From Anaeromyxobacteraceae bacterium (GTDB lineage: Bacteria > Myxococcota > Myxococcia > Myxococcales > Anaeromyxobacteraceae): a DNA stretch of 64,000 nt. The position numbers were made by a program, and so were the translations under genes. The stretch lies in contig JAULAX010000017.1 in assembly GCA_032654565.1 (NCBI GenBank), forward strand, positions 608,001 through 672,000. Direction: 5' to 3'. The notes under the pieces were generated by a model. That model saw only the letters and a list, made by a program, of their open reading frames with translations, was not told where the DNA came from and did not search any database. Positions 56,088 through 64,000 of the stretch are shown piece after piece. Every line of letters starts with the position of its first letter. Position 1 is the stretch's first letter.

Positions 56088-56625
56088 GCCGCGGGCCGGC
56101 CGCCCGCTCCTGGCCCTGCTGCTGCTCCTCTCCGGCTGCGGGCTGGGCAGCGATCTCCTCCCCTCCGGCGCCGACCGGCGCCCGGCGGTGGTGCCGGGGA
56201 GCGTCGGCCCGGCCGTCGGCCAGGTGGCCCCCGACTTCACGCTGCCGGACCTCTCAGGGAACCCGGTCTCGCTCCACGCCACGCTGGCCGGCGCCCGCGG
56301 CGCCGTCCTCTACTTCACCATGTGGTGCCCCATCTGCGACGCCCACATGAGCGACCTGAGGGCGAACGCCCTGCCCGCCTTCCCCGCCATCCCCGTCTTC
56401 GTCATCGACTACGTCTCCGGCAGCGTCGCCGGGGCCCGGGCCTCGCAGGTGGCCAGCGGCTGGGACGTGCCCGGCTTCACCTACCTGGCCGACGTCGACG
56501 CTGCGGTGGAGCGCTTCTACGGCGCCCCCATGGCGGTGGTGGTGGTGGGCGGCGACCGGGTGGTCCGCATGAACGGCGAGTACAGCTGGCCCCGGCTCAG
56601 GGCCGTGCTGGAGGCGCTGCCATGA
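56074..56625 (+). CDS. Redoxin/TlpA-like thioredoxin-fold lipoprotein
   Basis: LSGC lipobox, GQVAPDFTLPD, FTMWCPIC. Confidence 0.85.
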   Translation: MCCAEPRAGRPLLALLLLLSGCGLGSDLLPSGADRRPAVVPGSVGPAVGQVAPDFTLPDLSGNPVSLHATLAGARGAVLYFTMWCPICDAHMSDLRANALPAFPAIPVFVIDYVSGSVAGARASQVASGWDVPGFTYLADVDAAVERFYGAPMAVVVVGGDRVVRMNGEYSWPRLRAVLEALP

Positions 56626-57206
56626 GCCCCGGCTCGCCGTCGCCACCGGCCGCCCCCCCCGCCAGGCGCTGGCGCGCCGGCCGCTGGCTCCTGGTGGCTG
56701 GGCTGCTGGTCGCCGCCACCGGGCTGGCCTCGGGGCAGGAGGACGTCTCCCGGGCTCGCGAGTGCGCCTACTGCGGCATGGACCGGAAGGCCTACGGCTA
56801 CAGCCGGGCCCTGGTGCGCTACCAGGACGGCGGCGAGGTGGGGGTCTGCAGCCTGCACTGCGCCGTCACCGAGCTCGACGCCCACCCGGAGCGGACGGTG
56901 AGCGCCGTGCTGGTGGCCGATCGCGACACCCACGCCCTGGTCGAGGCCACGGCGGCCACCTGGGTGATGGGCGGCGGTAAGCGGGCGGTGATGGCGGCCC
57001 GGCCCAAGTGGGCCTTCGCCACGCCGGAGGGGGCCGCGGCCTTCGTCCGCGACCACGGCGGCGAGGTGATCTCCTGGCCCCTGGCGCTGGCCGCGGCGCG
57101 GGAGGACGTGGCGCTGGAGGCCCGGACCGCCGCGGCGCGACGGTCGGGGCGGGGGCTGGGCTGCGCCGGCCCTTCCGGCCTCTCCGGGCGGCAGGACCGG
57201 CCGTGA
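56622..57206 (+). CDS. NosL-family protein 2
   Basis: CAYCGMDR, CSLHC, VADRDT, AVM, AFAT...AAAFVRDHGG. Confidence 0.85.
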   Translation: MSPGSPSPPAAPPARRWRAGRWLLVAGLLVAATGLASGQEDVSRARECAYCGMDRKAYGYSRALVRYQDGGEVGVCSLHCAVTELDAHPERTVSAVLVADRDTHALVEATAATWVMGGGKRAVMAARPKWAFATPEGAAAFVRDHGGEVISWPLALAAAREDVALEARTAAARRSGRGLGCAGPSGLSGRQDRP

Positions 57207-57240
57207 GGACGCGGCGGCGGACGGCGATCCGCCACCCCGC

Positions 57241-59210
<1,970 letters not shown>

Positions 59211-59214
<4 letters not shown>

Positions 59215-60395
59215 GGGGGCCCCATACCACGGGCCACGAAACGCGACTTGAGCGCCAGGAAGCGCCTCTCGAAGAGGTGCCAGCTCAGCCAGGCCAGCCC
59301 GAGGCTCACCGCCGTGGCCACTGCCGCCCAGGCCAGCACCCCGCCGCGGGTGGTGAGCGCCGTGGCGCCGGCCGGCCAGCGGCGCAGCAGCGGCAGCCCC
59401 GCCTCCTGGACGAAGTAGTGGACCACGTAGAGGCCGTAGCTGTAGCGCCCCAGCACCTGCAGCGGCGCCACCCCCAGCAGCCGCTGCAGCGCGCCGCCGG
59501 TCCCCTCCCCGGCCACCGCCCCGCACAGCAGGCCGCCGTAGGCCAGCCCCAGCAGCGTGTGGGCCCAGATCTCCAGCGGCGCCCGGTGCATGTCGAAGGG
59601 GCCGAGCGGCAGCCCCAGCGCCAGGAAGCCCAGCGCCCCGGCCACCGCCACCGGCCGCCACCAGCGCCAGAGCCAGGCCCGGCCCGCCGCCGAGCGGAAC
59701 AGGACCGCCAGCAGGGCGCCCAGCGCCAGCTGGTCGAGCCGCCCCGGCGTCACCCGGAAGGCGCTCCCCACCGGCCAGCCGCTGGCCTCGACGATGACGA
59801 GTCGGAGGAGCGGCCCGGCGGCGAAGAGCCCGGCCGCCACCCAGGCCAGCCACCGGCCGCGCGCCAGCCAGACCACCGCCGGCCAGAGCAGGTAGAACTG
59901 CTCCTCCACCGCCAGCGACCAGAAGTGGGTCAACGACGGGATGGTCTGCTCGGCGGCGAAGGCCCAGTTGCCGAGGTAGCCCCAGTACCACCAGCCCCAG
60001 CGGCGCAGCGTCCAGGGGTCGATGAGCCCGGCCGCCGGCCCGGCCCACCAGAAGATGGCCAGGGCCAGGTAGTAGAGCGGGAAGATGCGCAGCGTGCGCC
60101 GGGCCAGGAAGGAGCCCCACCAGGTGGCGGCGCCCAGCGTGTCCACCAGGATCCCGGTGATGAGGAAGCCGGAGAGGACGAAGAAGAGGTCGACGCCCGA
60201 CCAGCCGAGGCCGACCAGGGCGATGAAGGCCCGGTCGCCGGGGCTGGCGGTGGGCCAGGAGGCCAGGAAGTGCGAGGCCAGCACGCCGCCGATGGCCAGC
60301 CCGCGCAGCCCGTCGAGCGAGGGCATGTTCCGTCGCAGCGCCCCGGCCATCCGGGCGTCGTCCGGCGGCGCCAGCGCGGGCGTCACGAACCTCAC
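59211..60395 (-). CDS. Acyltransferase-3 family membrane protein
   Basis: SLDGLRGLA, GVDLFFVLSGFLI, RRTLRIFP, HFWSLAVEEQFY, SYGLYVVH. Start may be ~60350. Confidence 0.93.
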
Positions 60396-60416
60396 GGCGG
60401 CCTGGCGGAGGCTGGT

Positions 60417-60626
60417 CTAGGCGCTGGCGGTGCGCCCCAGGGCCTCGGCCTTGTCGAGCGAGCGCAGCAGCTCGGGGCTCGGCTCGCGGGAGCGGTCCCC
60501 CTTCTTCACCAGCCGGTGGACCATGGAGACCGCCTGGGCCAGGTCGCGGTTGCTGTTGCCGCCGCGGGTCAGAACGGTGTCGAGGGTGCGGAGCCGATCC
60601 TTCACCTGCTTGTAGGTATCGTTCAC
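60417..60626 (-). CDS. Small hypothetical protein (69 aa)
   Basis: AGGAG RBS, strong GC3 bias, helical pattern. Confidence 0.6.
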   Translation of the reverse strand: MNDTYKQVKDRLRTLDTVLTRGGNSNRDLAQAVSMVHRLVKKGDRSREPSPELLRSLDKAEALGRTASA

Positions 60627-60759
60627 GGTGGGCTCCTGGTGCGTGTGGAGAACGGGTCGGCACCCCGAAGGGGGCGGTGCTCGCCACCAAGGTGTACCGC
60701 GACGGCGACCGGAACGCCCGTTTTGCCCGAAACTTCCTCCGGGGCGCGCGTCCGGTGCG

Positions 60760-62037
60760 CTAGGGGCGGCCCAGCGCCACCAGCAGCTGGGCCCGCGCCG
60801 TCGACAGTTCGTACTCCGCCGACACCCGCTGGGCGGCGGCCAGCGTCACCTGCAGCTGGGCGTCCCCCTGCTCAAGCGCGCTGCCCGAGCCGGCCTGGTA
60901 GCGCCCCTCGGCCAGCCGCAGCCGCTCCCGGGCGTTGGTGAGCGCCTCCCCGGTGGCCACCAGCTTGGCCCGGCCCGAGCTGACCGCGAAGCGGGCCTGC
61001 TCCAGCTCCAGCCGGACCTGCAGCCGCAGCGACGCCAGCTGGGCCCTGGTCCCCTCCAGCGTCGCCTCGGCCTCGCGCACCAGCGCGCGGGTCATCCCCC
61101 CCTGGAAGAGGTTCCAGTTGAGCGTGGCCCCGGCGTTCCAGTTCCAGGTGAGCGACCGGCCGGCCAGGTCGGGGCCGGTGTCGGTGAGGCCGGCGGAGAC
61201 GCTCAGCGAGGGGTACCAGCCGCCCCGGGCGGCGCTCACCAGGGCCTCCTGGGCGCGGCGCTGGGCCTCCAGCGAGGCCACCTCGGGCCGGGCCTTGAGC
61301 GCCTCGTCCACCAGCGCCTCGAGGCCGGCGTCCTCCCCCTCCACCGAGGCCAGCTGGTCGTCGGCCACCTCGAACTCGGTGCTGGCCTCGATCCCCATGG
61401 CCTGGTTGAGCTGGGCCCGGGCGGTCTGGGAGGCGGCCACCGCGCCGATGCGCGAGACCTCGGCGTTGGCCCGGTCGGTGCGGGCCTGGGCGAGATCGAT
61501 CTCGGGGCGGTTCCCCACGGTGACGAACCCCTGGATCTGCTTCAGGTGGGCCTCCTGGTTGGCCAGCGTCTCCTCCGCGACCCGCACCAGGTCCTTGCGG
61601 GCCCGCGCCGCGAAGAAGGCGGTGCGGACGTTGAGCAGCACCTGGGCCACCGAGGCCTGCTCGCTGGCCTGCTGCGCCAGGGCGCTGGCCCGTGCCGCCT
61701 GGAACCGGTCCAGGGTGGTGCCGAAGTCCCAGACCGTCATCCCGGCGGTGGCCGAGGCGCTCCAGGCGCCCGTCGAGGCCCAGGAGTCGGGGCGGGAGCC
61801 GCCCAGCGCGGAGGGGGCCGAGTTGTTGGAGGCGCGCCCGTACCCCAGCCTGGCGTCGACCTTGGGCAGGAAGCCGGCCAAGGCCTCGGCGGAGCGGGCC
61901 TGGGCGGCGGCGGTGGCGGCGCGGGCCTGGCGCAGGGAGGGCTGCCCCTGGCGCGCCAGCTTGACCGCCTCGTCGAGGGTGAGCACCGGGCCGGCCCCGG
62001 CGGCGAGCAGCAGGACGGCGGCGAGCGCGGCGGTCAT
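60760..62037 (-). CDS. TolC-family outer-membrane efflux protein
   Basis: LTLDEAV, duplicated OEP pattern, RYQAG..SALE. Confidence 0.92.
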   Translation of the reverse strand: MTAALAAVLLLAAGAGPVLTLDEAVKLARQGQPSLRQARAATAAAQARSAEALAGFLPKVDARLGYGRASNNSAPSALGGSRPDSWASTGAWSASATAGMTVWDFGTTLDRFQAARASALAQQASEQASVAQVLLNVRTAFFAARARKDLVRVAEETLANQEAHLKQIQGFVTVGNRPEIDLAQARTDRANAEVSRIGAVAASQTARAQLNQAMGIEASTEFEVADDQLASVEGEDAGLEALVDEALKARPEVASLEAQRRAQEALVSAARGGWYPSLSVSAGLTDTGPDLAGRSLTWNWNAGATLNWNLFQGGMTRALVREAEATLEGTRAQLASLRLQVRLELEQARFAVSSGRAKLVATGEALTNARERLRLAEGRYQAGSGSALEQGDAQLQVTLAAAQRVSAEYELSTARAQLLVALGRP

Positions 62038-63263
62038 TCGAACCTCAGGGCGGTGATGGGATCGAGGCGGGAGGCCTTGAGCGCCGGGTAGAAGCCGAAG
62101 CCGACGCCGACCAGGCCGGAGAAGCCGACCGCCAGCATGATGACGTCGGGGCGGACCAGCATCGACCAGCCGAAGGCGCTGGCCAGCCAGCCGGCGATGC
62201 CCAGCCCGGTGGCCACGCCGATCAGGCCGCCGGCCACCGACAGGGTGAGGGCCTCGACCAGGAACTGGAGCTGGATGTCGCGGGCCCGCGCCCCCACCGC
62301 CATGCGGACGCCGATCTCGCGGGTCCGCTCGGTGACCGAGACCAGCATGATGTTCATGATGCCGATGCCCCCCACCAGCAGCGAGACCGCGGCGATGGCC
62401 ATCAGCAGCGTGGTCAGGGTCTTGGTCCCCTCCTGCTGGGCGCTGGCGATCTCGGAGGGGTTGCGGATCTGGAAGTCGTCGTCGGCGTCGACGGTGAGCC
62501 GGTGGCGATCGCGCAGCAGGCCGCGGACCTGCTGCTGGGCGCGGGCGTTGCCGTCCTGGCCCCGGCTGCTCACCACGATCTGCCCGGCGACGAAGTTCTT
62601 CAGGCCGCCGGAGATCTTCTGCTGGAAGGTGGAGACCGGCACCAGCACCACGTCGTCGAAGTCCTGGCCGAAGGGGGACTGGCCCTTCTTGGAGAGCACC
62701 CCCACCACCGAGAAGGGGATGTTCTTGACCCGGATGACCTGCCCCACCGGGTTGGCGTTGGGCCCGTAGAGCTTGTCCACCACGGTCTGGCCGAGCACCG
62801 CCACCTTCATGCCGCCGTCGACGTCGGTCTGGCTGAACTCGGCCCCCACCGCCACCGGCCAGCTGCGCACCCGGAGGAAGTCGGGGGTGGTCCCCTGGAT
62901 CGAGGTGTTCCAGTTGGCGTCCTCGGACATCACCTGCGACCCGGCGCGGAGCACCGGCGCCGCCTCGCGCACCGCCGAGAGCTCGGTCTGGATGGCCTTG
63001 AGGTCGTCCCAGGTGAGCGAGGGGAGCGAGCCGGCCCCGCCCATGGCCCCGCCGCCCTGCGAGGAGCCGTTGAGGACGATGAGCATGTTGGAGCCGATGG
63101 AGGCGAAGGTCTGCTCGACCCGGGCCTTGGCGCCGTCGCCGATGGCCACCATGGCGATCACCGCCGCCACGCCGATGACCACGCCCAGCCCGGTCAGGAA
63201 GGAGCGCAGCTTGTTGCGCCCCAGGGCGCGCAGCGCCACCCGCAGCGTCATGAGCCAGTTCAC
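62034..63263 (-). CDS. MacB-like ABC permease
   Basis: [56 protein letters not shown]. Confidence 0.95.
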   Translation of the reverse strand: MNWLMTLRVALRALGRNKLRSFLTGLGVVIGVAAVIAMVAIGDGAKARVEQTFASIGSNMLIVLNGSSQGGGAMGGAGSLPSLTWDDLKAIQTELSAVREAAPVLRAGSQVMSEDANWNTSIQGTTPDFLRVRSWPVAVGAEFSQTDVDGGMKVAVLGQTVVDKLYGPNANPVGQVIRVKNIPFSVVGVLSKKGQSPFGQDFDDVVLVPVSTFQQKISGGLKNFVAGQIVVSSRGQDGNARAQQQVRGLLRDRHRLTVDADDDFQIRNPSEIASAQQEGTKTLTTLLMAIAAVSLLVGGIGIMNIMLVSVTERTREIGVRMAVGARARDIQLQFLVEALTLSVAGGLIGVATGLGIAGWLASAFGWSMLVRPDVIMLAVGFSGLVGVGFGFYPALKASRLDPITALRFE

Positions 63264-64000
63264 GGGTGCGCCTCCTGCCCGGCCTGGGCCACCGCCGGCC
63301 TGGGCGCCTGTCGCAGGTCGGAGCGGACCAGCCCGTCGCGCATGGTGATGACCCGGGCCGCGTGGGCGGCGATGTCCGGCTCGTGGGTGACCAGGATGAC
63401 GGTGATGCCGGTGCTCGCCAGCTCCTGGAAGAGCGCCATGACGTCCTCGCTGGTGCGCGAGTCGAGGTTGCCGGTCGGCTCGTCGGCCAGCAGGAAGCGC
63501 GGCCGGTTGACCAGGGCCCTGGCGATGGCGACGCGCTGCTGCTGACCGCCCGACATCTGGTTGGGGTGGTGGTCGACGCGGTCGCCCAGCCCGACCCGCT
63601 CCAGCGACTCCCGGGCCCGGGCGTGGCGCTCGGCCCCCGGGACGTTGGAGTAGAGCAGCGGCAGCTCGACGTTCTCCAGCGCGCTGGTGCGCGAGAGCAG
63701 GTTGAAGCTCTGGAAGACGAAGCCGATGGTCCGGTTGCGGAGCGCCGCCAGCTGGTCGTTGTCGAGGCGGGAGATCTCCTGCCCCTCCAGCAGGTAGCGG
63801 CCGGAGGTGGGGCGGTCGAGGCAGCCCAGCAGGTTCATCATGGTCGACTTCCCCGACCCCGAGGCGCCCATGATGGCGGTGAACTCGCCGGGCAGCAGGT
63901 CGAGCGTCACGCCGGCCAGCGCGCGCAGCTCCACGTCGCCCATGCGGTAGACCTTGGTGATGTCCTCGAGGCGGACCAGCGGCTCGGCGGCCATGGTCAC
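63260..64000 (-). CDS. MacB/LolD-like ABC ATPase
   Basis: [26 protein letters not shown]. Start at 64000 or 63994 (window edge). Confidence 0.93.
   Translation of the reverse strand: MTMAAEPLVRLEDITKVYRMGDVELRALAGVTLDLLPGEFTAIMGASGSGKSTMMNLLGCLDRPTSGRYLLEGQEISRLDNDQLAALRNRTIGFVFQSFNLLSRTSALENVELPLLYSNVPGAERHARARESLERVGLGDRVDHHPNQMSGGQQQRVAIARALVNRPRFLLADEPTGNLDSRTSEDVMALFQELASTGITVILVTHEPDIAAHAARVITMRDGLVRSDLRQAPRPAVAQAGQEAHP

Noticed and set aside
53600..57206. Calling the region a nos (N2O reductase) cluster
   Set aside because: No nosZ, nosR, nosD, nosF or nosY. The ABC pair is LolC/D-like rather than NosFY-like.

Overview
High-GC window that reads like an Anaeromyxobacter-type Myxococcota chromosome (inference from gene content and codon bias). 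Four zones. (1) 1-11.5 kb: a hicAB pair whose toxin has an internal deletion, then a ~10-kb integrase-less accessory island bounded by a duplicated 3' end of an aldo/keto reductase gene. The island carries a PcfJ/TY-Chap-like protein, a beta-CASP (RNase J-like) metallo-hydrolase paired with a PD-(D/E)xK nuclease (candidate defence pair, nuclease split by an IS), two oxidoreductases, an IS-split cheB, and two near-identical inverted IS3-family copies whose shared sequence runs 7 bp beyond the TG...CA inverted repeats. (2) 14.4-37.5 kb: a sigma-54-wired envelope/stress island with three DUF3494 'ice-binding' lipoproteins, two OmpA paralogues (a duplicated OmpA-IBP-terminator module), CsbD, lmo0937-like, AI-2E, pirin, YtxH/DUF948 genes, two enhancer-binding proteins (FHA and XylR/V4R types), a PAS hybrid kinase, an HD-GYP regulator and a CheB-CheR-kinase. 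At least seven -24/-12 promoters and two distinct recurring enhancer-like motifs are readable in the DNA. (3) 37.6-49.8 kb: mixed housekeeping genes including a uracil-salvage cluster and a solo IS-derived HTH gene. (4) 50-57.2 kb: a nosZ-free NosL/ABC/redoxin/Met-rich lipoprotein putative copper-trafficking module, followed by an ABC-F gene, an acyltransferase and a MacAB-TolC-type exporter. No rRNA, tRNA or CRISPR array was seen. All family assignments are from motif recognition, not database searches.
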